A stretch of DNA of 64,000 bases from Marsupella aquatica (Eukaryota; Plantae; Marchantiophyta), in assembly GCA_973895155.1 (NCBI GenBank), contig OZ316899.1, positions 3,059,455-3,123,454 on the forward strand, given 5' to 3'. Every line of letters begins with the position of its first letter. Within the stretch, counting starts at the first letter, position 1. Positions 1 through 13,138 of this stretch are shown here, in pieces. The notes under the pieces are model-generated. The model was not told the DNA's origin, made no database searches, and worked only from the letters and a program-made list of their open reading frames with translations. The translations under genes were made by a program, and so were the position numbers.

Positions 1-30
1 CTAAGAGCAACCCGGGAGGAGAGGACTACC

Positions 31-720
31 TTGAAACAAGAACGGGAGGAAGCCCAGAAGGAACTAGAGGAGGCACGCAAGGACCTGGATGAGACCCAGG
101 AGGAGTTGGAGGAAATCACGAGGAAGATGGAGAACCTCCAGCGGCGGGCCGACAACCAAACGGAGCGGCTGAAGAAACAAGCCGCAGTATTTAAGTGCTT
201 GTCTTCATCAGGCCCAACTCCAATTGGGGCAACCAAGTTACCAGGAGTGGTACTGGCCGAAGAAAAAGCCGCGCCACCTGCACCAGTGCCGGAAGTAAGT
301 GGGAAGGGGAAGGGACCAGCTGCCGAACCAGAAAAGAAGAAAAAGCGGAAACCTTCAGGGTCAAGGAGTAATCCGACTCCACAAGCCGTGGTGACCAAGG
401 AGGTAGAACCAGCACCATCCTCCGGCATGAATACGGCAATAGATCCCGCTATCATCACAGGTGGGGGTGGTGCGGCCCAAGCCGAACTACTCAGTAATGA
501 GGCCGGTATTCCAGATCCGCCTCTTGAGCAGGCCGGGGAGACCGTAGCCGAGGCTGAGGCCGTAACCGATTCCCGAGCCGACGCCGATGGTGGACCCAGT
601 CAGGCCGATGGAGAGTTGACTCAGTCAAGGGCAGGTAATCTGTCAGAAAATGAACCTATGGCAGTGGCTGAGGAGGAAGCGTTGGGGGCGTCCATTAAGG
701 ATCCACCATCGGTGTCGTGA
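31..720 (+). CDS. C-terminal part (coiled coil plus low-complexity tail) of the retroelement's additional ORF
   Basis: Paralogue of ORF 53141-53905 (shared ELEEARK...KKQAAVFKCL.SSGPTPI...DPP.VS*). Open from the window edge. Confidence 0.7.
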   Translation: MKQEREEAQKELEEARKDLDETQEELEEITRKMENLQRRADNQTERLKKQAAVFKCLSSSGPTPIGATKLPGVVLAEEKAAPPAPVPEVSGKGKGPAAEPEKKKKRKPSGSRSNPTPQAVVTKEVEPAPSSGMNTAIDPAIITGGGGAAQAELLSNEAGIPDPPLEQAGETVAEAEAVTDSRADADGGPSQADGELTQSRAGNLSENEPMAVAEEEALGASIKDPPSVS

Positions 721-1455
721 CGGTGCAAGGGCGCCGTTCCTTTTAGGGAGGGCGGACGTGGAGGGAGGAGGCGTGAGTGGGCAGGGCGGGCGCTGATCTC
801 CAAGTTTAAGATTAGGATCAAGACCAGGAGCGGCCCTGACACTTAGCTTAGTGGGATTGCGGTCCCACTGGTAGGAGCAACACTTGTGCTCCTGCCTTGC
901 TGTACATAGGTAGATTCGGGCAAGTAGATTACTATTAAGTAGATTAGGCTTACGATGCAAAGAATGGCGGATCCACTACTAGGATAAGTACCTGGGCAGC
1001 GGGGAGCTCAGGGCCTCTTCTTTAGCAAGTTTTTAGTTTGCACCAGCCGGGCTGGGATCAAGTAGTACGAGAAGCTCTCGGTTAGTCATACAGTGACCCT
1101 TGTGTATATTCATGTTTCTTCATGCCTAAGAGCTGAATAGAGTTGGCCTCACGGCTTAGTTCGTAGAGCTTGTGTATGAGATATACTGTTTGTATGGCAA
1201 GTGCATGGTATGACTCAGTCAGAATGAGTCATTTTGCTATTTGTGTGTCGCATTAACTTGTGTGAAGAGTGCCCACATCAACCAAAAGGAAGGAAAGTAA
1301 GCAGGGGAGTGAGAGTTGGATGTGTCGAGCTGAGAGAGGTCTTAGCGGCTTAACCAAGCCTATTGGGGATCATTCCGGCGGCGGAATCCAAACATACCTA
1401 ACAAGACGGAGGGGAAGACAGGGGAAGGCCTAGATTAGGCCGGCTACGTATCTCA

Positions 1456-1632
1456 TGACCCGATGAAGGATCTGTCCAGTATATGTGTGTAAAATGTTAA
1501 TAGTAGTAGTAGAAGGTTAGCAGCGTCCCATGCCGCTAAGCTGCGGAAACAGCCTCGCCAAGCGCGAAACCTGCGGGAATCGGCTTGAGCTGGGGGGTTT
1601 CTTGGGTTTAGGGAGCCATGGGACGCACCACA
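1456..1632 (-). repeat. 177-bp LTR (TG...CA)
   Basis: tgacccgatgaagg...gggacgcaccaca. Both boundaries coincide with the limits of similarity to 58466-58644. Confidence 0.85.
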
Positions 1633-3776
1633 CATCATCATTTTTTGAAGGCAAATCCCTTACAGAGAAAGACAGGCACTGATTGCACACTTTGGCAATG
1701 AGATTGAGCAACGTGGACCCCCAGCACGAGTGACCAAAGAGGAGATCAGGCAGTGGGGAGCATTGAGGGATGACTATATCAAACAAGGGGGCAGGGAAGA
1801 TGGAGTGAGTGATCCAATAAAGCGATATGGTGTAAAAAGACTGAGCATATTGGACTTGGAGCTCAAGTATTCGAGGGTAGCCTCTTGGAGTTGATGCTAA
1901 TTGGGATACATGTTTTGGTTCAGAGCATGTGCATTCATTTTGAAGAGAGAGACTAAACTTGAGGCATTTGCTGACGCTTTTGCATTGCAACGGTGCAGGA
2001 GTTTGAGCCAAGCAAACATAACATTGATGTTATGCACATTGAGAAGAATATTTGTGAGAGTCTACTCAGATTCTTGTGTGGAGAGAAAGACACTGGTTCA
2101 GTGAGATTGGATCTTGAACAGAGGGGAATGAAACCCCATCTTTGGTTGAGGCCACATGCCCATAGAGCTGATGTGCTCTTGAAGTACCAAGTGCCCTATG
2201 TTTTGACAGACACAGAGTGGGAACTATTTGTGCAGAGGTTGAGTTCTTTGAAGGTTCCTTCAAACTATGGTAGTGCTTTCAAGAAGCATATCATGACTAG
2301 AAAGCTTGGTAGTATGAAAAGCCATGACTACCATATGTTGATGCAACAGGTGTTGCCTTTATGTCTGAGGGGCCTGTTGCAGAAGCCTGTTCGTAATGTG
2401 ATCATGCGACTTAGTGATGTGTTTTGTCATATTTGTGTGAAGGTTTGGGATGCCACACACTTCCCACAACTGACAGAAGATGTAGCTCAGGTGCTGTGTG
2501 ACCTGGAGATTTATTTTCCTCCCGCATTTTTTGATGTCATGACCCACCTACTTGTCCATGTTGTGGAAGAGCTACACCAATTTGGGCCTGTGAGTGCTCG
2601 TTGGTTGTATCCTTTGGAACGGTACATGAAGCTGCTCAAAGGTCACATGAGAACATATTACAAACCTGAAGCAAGCTGGCTAAAGGTTACATCAAGGATG
2701 AGACTCTGGGATTTCTGACCGAATACATAGCACAATATGAGCATGTGAAGACCAGGGTGTGGAATTCTGATGAGGAGGAAGGGGTCATAGGTGAAGTACT
2801 GGAAGGGGCTGCAACCACAAAGAACCTGACCACAACTATGAGGGACTTGGCACATGACTTTGTATTGCACAACATTGTGGTGATGGAACCTTGGATACAG
2901 TGAGTGCATACATGTGCTATAATCCAGTTCATGAGCTTAAATGTTGTGTACGTGTGATTTTCTCCTTCAGCCTGTTCATATTTACCCAAGCTAATGCCGT
3001 GTGGTTGTTTGTTCAAGGAGTATGAGTCATTGAAGGTGGCCCATCCCACTACAGGAACAACTTTTCCAGGTTTCATGGAGTGGATTAGAGTGGCAATTAG
3101 AGAGCATCATGAGACCACCCAAACATGGATGCAGACGTTTACCTACTGTCTAATGCCCCTAGCCTGAAAGTGAAGACTTACAAACGGATGAGAGCACATG
3201 GGAATCACTTTCGAGTGAAGGATGGTGATAGTGCCTACAGGGTGACAATGACTGTGGGCTCATCACTATATTTGAGCAACAGAGCCACAATCACGACAGG
3301 GCCTGGATGGAGATGGGATATGTGGGAGAATTAGTTGACATATGGGCTCTGGACTATGGGGCGGTGTCCAGTCCTGTGATTCTTATGAAAGGTTCATGGG
3401 TGCGGTAGGATTGGCTTGGTAATAGGGCTACCATGAAGAGAGACAACGACGGTTTCTTGCTGGCCAATTTTAGAGGGAAATTGCCCAAATGGTCTGAGCC
3501 ATTTGTGTTTCCTAGTCAGGTGGAGCAAGCTTTCTTCCTGTGGAAGACTCCCCAGGTTGGCGTGTAGTGTGTCATAAACAGGCCAGGCAACGTCGGATGG
3601 AAGGATCAAACCTTGAGTTTCATTTACACTCTCATAGTGCCTTTGATCGTTGGCGTTCAGACCAAGTGCCTATAGTTCATGATAGCGGGGACTTCATTCC
3701 TATGACAAGGGTCAATGCATTTGCTGAAGGAGGCGAATTCAGAGATGCAGATACCAATAGTGTGCCTGTGCCATGA
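1633..3776 (+). pseudogene. CACTA TnpD transposase, DUF4218/DUF4216-type region, frameshifted
   Basis: ORF 1993-2718 has KSHDYHMLMQQVLP and FPPAFFDVMTHLLVH...GPVSARWLYPLERYMKLLK. Downstream pieces 3125-3776 (RAHGNHFRV, EPFVFPSQVEQAFF..D) follow in shifted frames. Confidence 0.9.
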
Positions 3777-4259
3777 GTAATGTGAATTGTTTGCATGGAC
3801 AATAGTGAGGGGATGTGTAATAAAGTAATTCTGAAGCAACACAGATGTATGGATGGATGCCTAGTGATTGTGGTTGCATTGTATTATACGGGGTGACCAT
3901 TGATGACATGTTTTTGTGGTCCAGTAGGATGGAATAGAGTGACACAGAGATGTGTGAGTATGAAAGGAAAGCTATGGAACAACGAGCATACGTGAAAGCC
4001 AAAATTGCAGAACTGGATCTGGAAAAGGATGTGGCTGAATTGTAAGGGAATGATTCTCAACTACACCCCTCCGCTGAGTTTGTGTGACATGAATAGTTCA
4101 ATGTGGCACTGAAATTGTGATTGTATTCTCATATTGGAATGTCGCAGACCAACAGGTTTTTCAAAGAAACAAAAGGAGTACGCAAGAAGGGTGACCAGCA
4201 CTATATCTAGGCCTATGCGTTGGAGTGACAGGTTGAGCAAGAAGGTCGTACCTACAATG

Positions 4260-7200
4260 GCAGAATGTGGAGATGACATGGATGCTGCGCAAGTGGGTGC
4301 AGACACTAGACAAGAAGATGCAGATGATGAGTATTTTCTAGAGGAAATGGATGAGGATGGGGGTTATGAAGATGAATACATTGCAGAGCAGCCCCAAAAG
4401 AAACAGGTAAGTAGTTTTCCCAACAAGCTAGGTTTAGAGTTAAAAACTCTTGTTGAGAGGTTTCATATGTTCAGTAGTACACCCTATGTACCTTGCTTAG
4501 TTCCTGACATTGTAGTTGGTGATGTGATGCAGCGTCCTGCCAGTTCTATTTTGCCTGCAAAGCCTGTGCATGCACCATACCAGCAGGGGGGGCTGACCTC
4601 TGATCAAGGTTGGCGAGGTGGTAGTAGTGGTAGATCCTAGGCTGGTGCCCAGTACTATGGCAGGGGGCAAGCTCTAGGTTATGCCCGTGGTAGAGGTAGA
4701 GCAGGTCCAAACCCACAGTCTCGTGGGTATGGACGTCCACCTCAACCATGGGGATGTGAGTATATATCTATATGCCAATTATTTGTGAAGGCATGGCACT
4801 CCTGAATTTCAGATTGCATATCAATTTTTGACATTGTTTGGGATGTATTGGATTCAGACAACATGAAATTCTGTCCACCTGCCATTGCATGCAGATTCTG
4901 CCCAACCTGATTGGGCAAATGCTGGTAATGATCAGTTCCAATGTCCACAAGGACAGACATGGGTTGAACCAGGTTGGGAGGATGGTGGTGGGTCGTGGAA
5001 TGAACAAGGTTGGGAAGGTGGTGCAGGTAATTGGAAGGGATTTCAAAATACAGTACCTACAAACGTTGGAAGAGGGGCAGGTAATGTCTGATCTTGTCAG
5101 CAATGGAAGAACTCATTATATGTGGAGTCCATTGACGTGGGGAGGATTCTGCACATGTATAATAATAGAAAATGTATGTGTGCAGGTTGGACAGACGAAC
5201 CATCGACTCAAGTATTCACTAATGCCCCTATGCAGATGCAGCACGGAAGGGGGCCAGGTATGTTGGTGAATGTTCATATGTTTTCCTATAGTTTGTACTA
5301 CGTTTTTAGTACATATGTTTGCAGCCACATACCTAAAAAGTGACATCATCTGGCCCCTGTACTAGGCTGGACAGGTGGTCCAGGGTCACAACAATTCCAT
5401 AGTGCAGTCCCTGCACAGGCATCTACAGGCAGAGCTACAGGTATGCATGTTTGAAGGATTTTTCTTAAGTGAAGCATTGAATGTTGGCGTCATCCATTCT
5501 GCTGTATGTAGTTCTCAAGCATGAATGGCATTGTATTTTCCCAGGTGGCTTCAGAATCCCAGGTAGGGTGAATGAAGGGGTGGCCAATACAACGCCCAAT
5601 ACTATCGAGAGCAGTGCACGAGGGGAGGTGACAAAGAAAGGGAACGTAAAGTTGAATGAGAGACAATGGGTGGATGTTGAGTGTCCTCGTAAGAACCGTT
5701 GGCATGCTGATTTGAAAGCTGAAGTATTGCGTTGGTTAGATGTGAGTGTTATTAATTTAAAAAAACAACATCCAAAAGATTGGAAGACTGTATGTGAAAA
5801 TGTTGCTGCCAAATGGAATTATGTGGGCAGTGATGATGGCGTGGACATAGGTTGCCTAGAGAGTACAGCAGGTAAAATCATAAAGCAAGAGAGGTGGAGA
5901 ATGCATAAGGCTTGGAAGGAAGGTGGGGAGAAGCCAGATATGCTTCCACCAGCCAGTTGTGATGATAAAGTGTGGGCAAGGTTAGTAGCTTATTTTGTAA
6001 CAGATGCTTCGAAAAAGAAGAGTTCACAGATGACCGAGGCCAGGTTGAGTGTTCAGAACCCTAATCTGACAGGAAGGACCGGCACTGCACCGACAGCAAA
6101 ACGTTTGGTAAGAATCAATGGCCTAGCTATGTAATTTATGCTACACTATGTACTGTTTTTTAGTGTAAACCCATACATGTAAACTTTGTTTTCTAGTGTA
6201 CGTTCCCTGAATAATAATGATAACTTGTGTTTGCCATGCATGTGCAAAAAGCCCAATTGGGGCAAAGCCCTTCAAAAGAAGAGTTGAGGGCTGAAATTGT
6301 GAACACCCGGGCTCAAGAGGGTGCATCTGAATCCTCCAAGCATGTAAGTTATATGAGTTCTGATTGGTAATTGAATGACCTGCGTTGAATTTCAGGTGTA
6401 CATTGTATATAACATTGATTGTGCATATATTGCCCAACATTTCATATGGAGTGATTGAACCGATACCCCTGTGTCATGTAGGGAGGTAGATCTTCACTTA
6501 CAGAGATAAGTGGTCATTTGAAGGCTGTCAAAACATGTCTTCCAGAGATCAATGAGCGTTTGAATTCATTGACTAACTTGTTCCATATGAACTTCAAGAC
6601 ATTAATGGAAGCTGTTGTGTTGGTGAGAGATAAAATTGATTCCAATTCTGCAGGAGTTCAACCATCACCACTTGAGGTGGCAAAGTCGATGCACTCTTCT
6701 GGCATGCCAACGACATGTAGGCTTGAAGGTAAGGCCTTTACAACTGTGTGGGATATGATTAGTAAATGTATAGTTTGAATTGACATAGTTTGTTGAATGT
6801 GTTATTTTCAGTAACATATATTGTGGTTGTTGTGTCCATAGAGAATAAGACAGGTGCTGCAGAGAAGAAGTATGAGAACCTGACAAATACTCGCTGTAAT
6901 TTAGAGGCAACAAAGTTGTAGTCTGTACAAGCAACTTGTTTGACAGAGGGGCAGTCAACCATGTTTGGATGAGGATGACATTGACAAGGGAGTGGATGAT
7001 ATCAATGTTGGGGCAAATGAGGATATCAGCAAGCATGACAATGATACCATTGAGCTAGATTCATGTTATGTAGATCTTGACTCCATTGCAGAGATAAATG
7101 ATTTGCAGAATGTATCATTCTCAATGACAGGTGTGCCTCTTGTTGAGATAAATCCAACCAAAGAGTTAGTTGGTATGACACTCCCAGGTGGTGAACCTGC

Positions 7201-7639
7201 TACTGTGACAATCCTAACAGAGGAACCTACTGAGCCTAGCTTCACTATTGTGAAGAGAGGAAGCATGCGCACACAAAGCAAGTCTGCTGGTGGGAGCACA
7301 ACCACGTCAAAGGTTTCATACAAACCTCCAAGAACGGTGCTGGCAGAAAGATCTAAGGTGGAAGTAAGGAAAGCACCTAATGCTGAGGGACAAAGTGGCT
7401 TGTTAGCTGTTGATGAGAGTGGAACACGAGTAGGATTTGGCAGAGTGCAGGTTGGTTCCACAACGTTCCATGGCAAGCGGATTCCCCCAGGTTATTCAGT
7501 AGTGTTACTCACATTACTAGTGAAACCTAAAGCTGTCATTCCCATTCCAAACACAAATGATGATCCTCCTCAAAAGATACTTGGAGATGCTGCAGGTTCT
7601 TTGGTATTATGGCCAAGCAAGTTCATAGAGAATCCATAA
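4260..7639 (+). pseudogene. CACTA TnpA-like ORF2 (intron-containing; Ptta/En/Spm-like and Tnp1-like C-terminal regions)
   Basis: 5481-6134 has W.RLVAYF...SKKKSSQMTEAR...NLTGRTG. 6965-7639 ends FHGKRIPPGYSVV...GSLVLWP. GT-AG flanked segments lie between. Exact exon structure was not resolved. Confidence 0.65.
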
Positions 7640-8134
7640 CAATGTCATGCCATTATTTGTTTGTAGTGTGAGTCATGTTATGTAGATTTTAGATGTCAAG
7701 AAGGAGTACAAGAATCATGTCCTCTTGGAGATTCATAGTAACATGCATGTGCTTTCAGTTATCTCATCATGCAGTCATCAATTATGAGTTCCTGTTTTGT
7801 CTGAATTACATTGATCACATTGTAAACTATTCCATTGGAATTCAAATGATCTACATTTTTGAGCAAGATTGTGATTCTGTTTAATTCTTATTAATGTTTT
7901 GTGTAGGATCTCCTTATATGATGCTTTGTTTCATGTGAATGTCATTCATGCTATGCTCTTTCTTGTATTCAATGTGTTATATTTCTAAAGTTAGAACATC
8001 AAGTTTCTATGTATTGTAATGTGGAGTGCTCTCTCTCCTTATGAACTGTCCCTCTGTGTTCATTAGTCATGGTTACAACTTGCATGTGAACCTTATTAGT
8101 TATAAACATGAGTATATAGAGTCCCAAATGGTTC

Positions 8135-8493
8135 TGTTGTGTGACCCGGGCCAGGGTCTCCATTGGTCTCTCCTGTGACACTAAATGGTCACACGCTAGT
8201 CGTTGTTGAATGCGGGTAAGTCATGTGTGTGACTTACCATGTGACTCGTCAAAGTCATATTGCAGTCACGTAGAAACAAGGCTACACTCCACAATAAAGT
8301 CACAGATCAATCACAAATGGGTATCAAGCAAGCCACAAAGCCCAGTATCAATAGTGACTTCCATTTTTTGGTCTCAACTTTTGCAACTCCAAGGGTCACA
8401 GCGTGGGTCAAGTCACGTTGAGTCACAATGAAGTCACATGAGCCAAAATGAGTCACATATTGCGGTCTCAGTTCACCTCGGATTCTTCTAGTG
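8135..8493. repeat. CACTA right subterminal repeats and TIR (8479-8493)
   Basis: Many short GTGAC/GTCAC/AGTCA motifs in both orientations ending in TAGTG. Right flank TTA is the candidate 3-bp TSD; its partner lies outside the window. Confidence 0.8.
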
Positions 8494-11322
8494 TTAGCAA
8501 CTGGTGAGAAGACCTCATTGTAATCCACACCTTTCTTTTGTGTGAATCCCTTTGCTACCAACCTAGCCTTGTAGACCTTTGATCCACTTCCTGCAGAATT
8601 ATCCTTCAGCTTGTAAATCCACTTGCTGTCCACCACTTGCTGACCCTTAGGCAGCTTAACAAGCTCCCAAGTTTTGTTGTCCTTTAGTGACTGCATCTCC
8701 GTTTGCATTGCTACAGTCCACTTCTGCTTCTCCTTTGAAGCACTTGCCTCATGAAATGAAGAAGGTTCCCCTTCTTCCAAAACCAACGCATCACCCTCAT
8801 CATCAGCTGTAAAATTGTCCTCTTGCAATTGAGATGAATCAACCCACTGTCCATACCTAGGAGGAGCGCGTACAGTGCGACCATATGTTCTTCTAGTCGA
8901 TGACTCCGGTTGAATTGCATCTACTGGTACAATTTGAAGCTCAGCAGCATCCACTTGCTGCTCACCAGCATCAACAAACTCCTCTTATTCCTCTGGCACA
9001 GGAACCAGCTCCATGCTTGGAGCACCTCCTTCTCTCCGATCATATACCTCATGATCAATCTCCCCCTCAACGAGATCCAGGATAGGAGATTTTCTTTTGT
9101 CAGTACGCGAGACCCGAGTATTCTCCCCCTCCTTCAATAATTTGGATTCATTGAAGGAAACATCCCTACTGACAACGAGCTTACAAGCAATAGGATCCCG
9201 TAGCCTGTAGGCCTTCACACCACTCTGATACCCAAGAAAAATACATTTCTTGGACGTAGGATCCAACTTGGTCCTATTCTGCTTTGGTGTGAGAGCATAT
9301 GACATCACTTCCAAAAACTACCAAGCCATGATAGTCTGCTTGCCGCTTATAACGCATTTCAAACAGCGTTTTGAAATTGATGGCACTAGAAGGAGAAAGA
9401 TTTACCAAATAAGCTGCAGCACTGACAGCTTCTGCCCAAAATTCTTGTGGTAAACCTGATTGGCTCAACATACTCCGTGACCGCTCCAACAGTGTTTGAT
9501 TGAGCCTCACAGCGACACCATTCTGTTGCGAAGTATAAATTGTGGTGAGATGGCGAGTTATCCCCTGTTCTGCACAGTACTCTTCAAATTCTATTGAAGT
9601 GTACTCCCCATCATTGTCTGACCTCAGACTCTTCACCCTTGTATCCAAACACTTAACCGTGTTTCCTGTCTGATTCTCCACTTGGGCCTTCCACTTTGTA
9701 AAAATGGACAAGACATCAGACTTATGCGTCATGAAATAAATCCATACAAATCTCAAGTAATCGTCAATAAATGATACATAGTACAATTTTCCAGAGTGTG
9801 AAGGAGTCGGGGATGGACCCCACACGTCACTATGTATGTACTCAAGAATCGCTTTGGAATAATGAGTTCCAACACCGAAAGCACAACGATGCTGCTTTCC
9901 AAAAATGCAATGCTCACAGAAATCCAATTTACAAGATTGCAAATCAAAAATGAGCCCATTCTTCCGCAAGATAGCCAATCCCTTCTCACTCATGTGGCCT
10001 AGCCGTGAATGCCATAGTTGAGTCATTTCCTCGTGAGACTTAGTTACATTGGTCTCTCCACATATTGTATTGCCTTGCAGCACATACAAATTCTTCTATC
10101 TGCTCCCCTTCAAAATCACTGCCTCTCCGGACATGACTTGAAGTTCACCATCAATTACTCACCATTGATGACCATTTGTATCCAACACACCGAGTGAAAT
10201 CAAATTCTTACGCATGCCAGGTACAAACCTGACTCCAGACACTGTGCGCACAATGTCATCAAATATTTGAATTTTTACAGACCCAATACCCTCAACTCGA
10301 TAGGATTGATCATTTCCCATCAAAACTGAACCGTTTGACACAGAATAAGAATTGAAATACTCGCAAATGTAACAAATATGAAAGGAGCAAGCACAATCAA
10401 GAATCCACACATTATTTTCTCTCCTAGATGATGTGCACAGCGGATACTCCTGACTTCATAAAACATACTCATCATTGAGTAAATCAACTTCTCCATCAGC
10501 ACTAGCCACATTGGCTGATGAAGATTCAGCTGCCTTACCCTTACAATCCCTCTTAACGTGACCAAGCTTCTGACACTTCCAGAAGACTATTGGCTTTCTC
10601 TCCTGGGACTTCCCCCTTGAAGCAAATCTTGCACTAGATTTACTTCTTCCCATGCCCTGCGTGCGTTGCTCTTGATGCTTTTGTAACCTCCCACGATTCA
10701 CATTCAAGGCAGCACCAGACGATGATGATGGCTGAGAGGGCATGGTCAATTTCTGCTACAAGTCATCAGTCAACAGAGCACTTACAACTTCATTGTAAGT
10801 GATAGTCTTCCTGTCACGATGAAGCAGCACTCATGACAATGACTGATACGATGAGGGTAAAGAGCTAAGCAAGTGAAGAGCTTGCCGCTCATCACTCAAC
10901 TCCTCCCCCAAATTTTGCAAATCAATGACTAGGTCGTTGAAACCATCGATATGGTCCTGAATCTTTGCACTTCCCTCCTTCATCTTGAAGCTCATAAGCT
11001 TCAAAGATGTGTAGAGCCGATTCGATAGCTCCTTTTGATGGTACTTTTGCTCCAACACGGCAAACAATGATGCACAATCGACATGGTCTGCCAACTGCTT
11101 GATGATATTAGGCTGAAGACAGAGCATCACGGTGCTCATAGCTTGCTCCTGCATGTCCTGCCAGTCATCATTGTCGACATCATTTGGCTGGTCCTTCAGC
11201 AATTTCCCAAGCCCGGTTGCATGGAGTACCCCCTTCACTTGTCGCTCCCACAACAAGTAGTTCGTGCGGCCATCGTATTTCGTAACCTCAAACTTGGGAC
11301 CTCCAAGCTTGATTGTCCCCAT
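8494..11322 (-). pseudogene. Copia gag-pol polyprotein, several stops and frameshifts
   Basis: gag 10831-11322 (KYDGRTNYLLW, ALHLLSSLPSSY). KCQKLGHVKRDC knuckle. WILDCACSFH protease. LWHSRLGHMSEKG, HSDVWGP, LRSDNDGEY, PQ-like QQNGVA integrase. YKARLVAKGFTQKKGVDYNEVFSPV RT start, truncated at 8494. Confidence 0.92.
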
Positions 11323-12816
11323 CCTTTCTCTTGTTACTCACCGCAATACCTATGACCACAATTCTGCTAGATCTTCCGCTTCCTCCTCTGTTCTCTCCGG
11401 TGACTCAACAGAACCCTCCTCCAAGTCACTCATGTGAGAAATCAAGAAAAAATGACATTTTTCTCAACTTCTCAAAAAACTCAAAAGTTATCACCGTCGT
11501 GTAGACCACGAGCCTATCTTTCCAAAGCTGAAAACCAACATCGAAACCGAACTCCGACGTAAAAGTTATTCACTTTTTGGTTGGGGTGGGTAAAACTTGG
11601 AATTCTCCCCCGTTTTGACCACCTCGGGGAATAACCAAAATGTGAACTAGTACCCGACGTTGGAAATGCAATTCAATTTGTGCACCGTGTTGCCAACTCC
11701 GATGGCTAGCAACTTGCCGAAGACGAACAAAAAAAGTTACCTTTCGACGGACGAAATCTTCAATGGACGGAAAAAAAATAGCTCTCTGGTTTTTTGGAAT
11801 ATTCTATGACCCTTGTACAGGCCCTGTGAGAATTTTGGAAGAACAATCAAGGGGCTGACACGTGTCCTCGAACCCCCAAAACCCCCTACCACCCTTCGTC
11901 GTCGAAATCTGGTCACACGCGCAAAAAATACACATGGTAGAATGTACCCCTCGACACCAAACACAAGATATCTCACTCGGGTTTTGACAAAATCAAGATC
12001 TGATTTCAGATTTGGAAACTAGACTCCAAGGCGGTGAAGATCAATATAAGAAGCACCCAAAATGAGGAAAGAACAAGGGAGACAAAAATTGGTAAAGATG
12101 ACAGATTTCTCTCAATTGCCATAGCCAATTTCGAATTAGTTTTTCAAAGAGAAAAAATGGTACCTTGTCAATAACGAATGTTGATGAATTGCACTTGGTG
12201 CCGTCACCAAGTCCAACAAGGTAATTGATTTTGCTTAGCCTTCCTCTTCGCATCAAAGAGCCAATCCCGGACTCAAAACAATCGTCTTGCCTCAATCTCT
12301 CCGTTGAGTCAAAACACTTGACGCTTCTCCCTCCGAGTCGATTGCCACGACAAGAAACCTCGCTCAGGAAAAAGAGGACTCCATAGCCGGTCAGAAAATC
12401 AGAATGTTTCTTTTGCTCGTCCCGTCGCACACGGTACTCACTTGGTAACAAATCAGCTACCAAAACAAATAGCTTGTCCGGATCTACAAGCAGAGCTATA
12501 GCATGCGATGCCTCCTTTGCCGTAGAGCTTACACCATCGAGAAAATAAACTCTGGTCCCTCCTCCGAAAAACCGTCAAACACGAATGTTGCCGACTTTCT
12601 TCACAAAATCCAGAACGACAAAAACTTAGATCTCTCCGCACCACGAGCTCCGTTCAACAATTTCTTCACACCGTTAGAAAGCTCTTGCCCCGATCTATCC
12701 GTTGAGCCCATAAACTCCAAGTTCCATACGATGGAACTCCGGGAAATCCACCGACACTCAACGTTGGAAAAACCGTCATGAAATCCCGTCACGAACACAC
12801 GTCACCTCCCATGCAT

Positions 12817-12828
12817 GCTCTGATACCA
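12817..12828 (-). promoter_or_regulatory. Primer-binding site, initiator tRNA-Met
   Basis: Plus gctctgatacca = minus TGGTATCAGAGC, 1 nt from the LTR end. Confidence 0.9.
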
Positions 12829-12829
12829 A

Positions 12830-13138
12830 TGGTTGAGCATAGACGACAATTGCAACGGTAAGCACATGACACATCCAACGCGCAAGTAGTCGACACAAGA
12901 GATACATGGTTCACCTCCTTGAGGCTACGTCCACGGGAACACACAAGAGAGCTTTACTGAACTCTAAGCCCATCGGCTATACCAAGTCTCCATAGTGTAA
13001 GCTCTCCTCATCTCTCAAGTGGCCCCATAACAATGAGCCTAAGTTTTACTTATCCAAGCAAACACCGCTTGGCATATAGAGTGCATCCTAGTTAACCTAA
13101 CCACATCTCCGACTATGGTTTGTCTAACTATGGTTATA
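12830..13138 (-). repeat. Copia 5' LTR (outer boundary uncertain; probably interrupted at 13138)
   Basis: Starts at TG next to the PBS. The partner LTR is outside the window, so the outer end cannot be fixed by comparison. Confidence 0.55.

Larger units (their letters stand above)
1..1632 (-). mobile_element. Right end of a Ty3/Gypsy LTR retrotransposon (internal segment plus one LTR), inserted into a CACTA transposase; continues left of the window
   Basis: 1-1455 is a diverged copy of 53186-54627. 1456-1632 matches the LTR at 58466-58644. CACTA transposase sequence resumes at 1633. Strand is inferred from the pol orientation next to the second LTR copy. Confidence 0.75.
1633..8493 (+). mobile_element. 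CACTA (En/Spm) DNA transposon, right-hand portion
   Basis: TnpD-like and TnpA-like coding relics, GTCAC/GTGAC-rich subterminal region, and a terminal ...ttcttcTAGTG at 8493 (reverse complement CACTAGAAGAATCCG) abutting Copia RT sequence. Confidence 0.9.
8494..13138 (-). mobile_element. Ty1/Copia LTR retrotransposon (Tnt1/Tork-like), 5' portion, cut in RT by the CACTA insertion
   Basis: Order on the minus strand is LTR, Met PBS, gag, CCHC knuckle, protease, integrase, RT, which is Copia order. Confidence 0.92.

Noticed and set aside
1633-1637. CATCA right of the first LTR equals CATCA left of the second LTR (58461-65), suggesting one rearranged insertion
   Set aside because: The second CATCA is made of the insert's terminal CA plus the TCATG TSD, so the match is coincidental.
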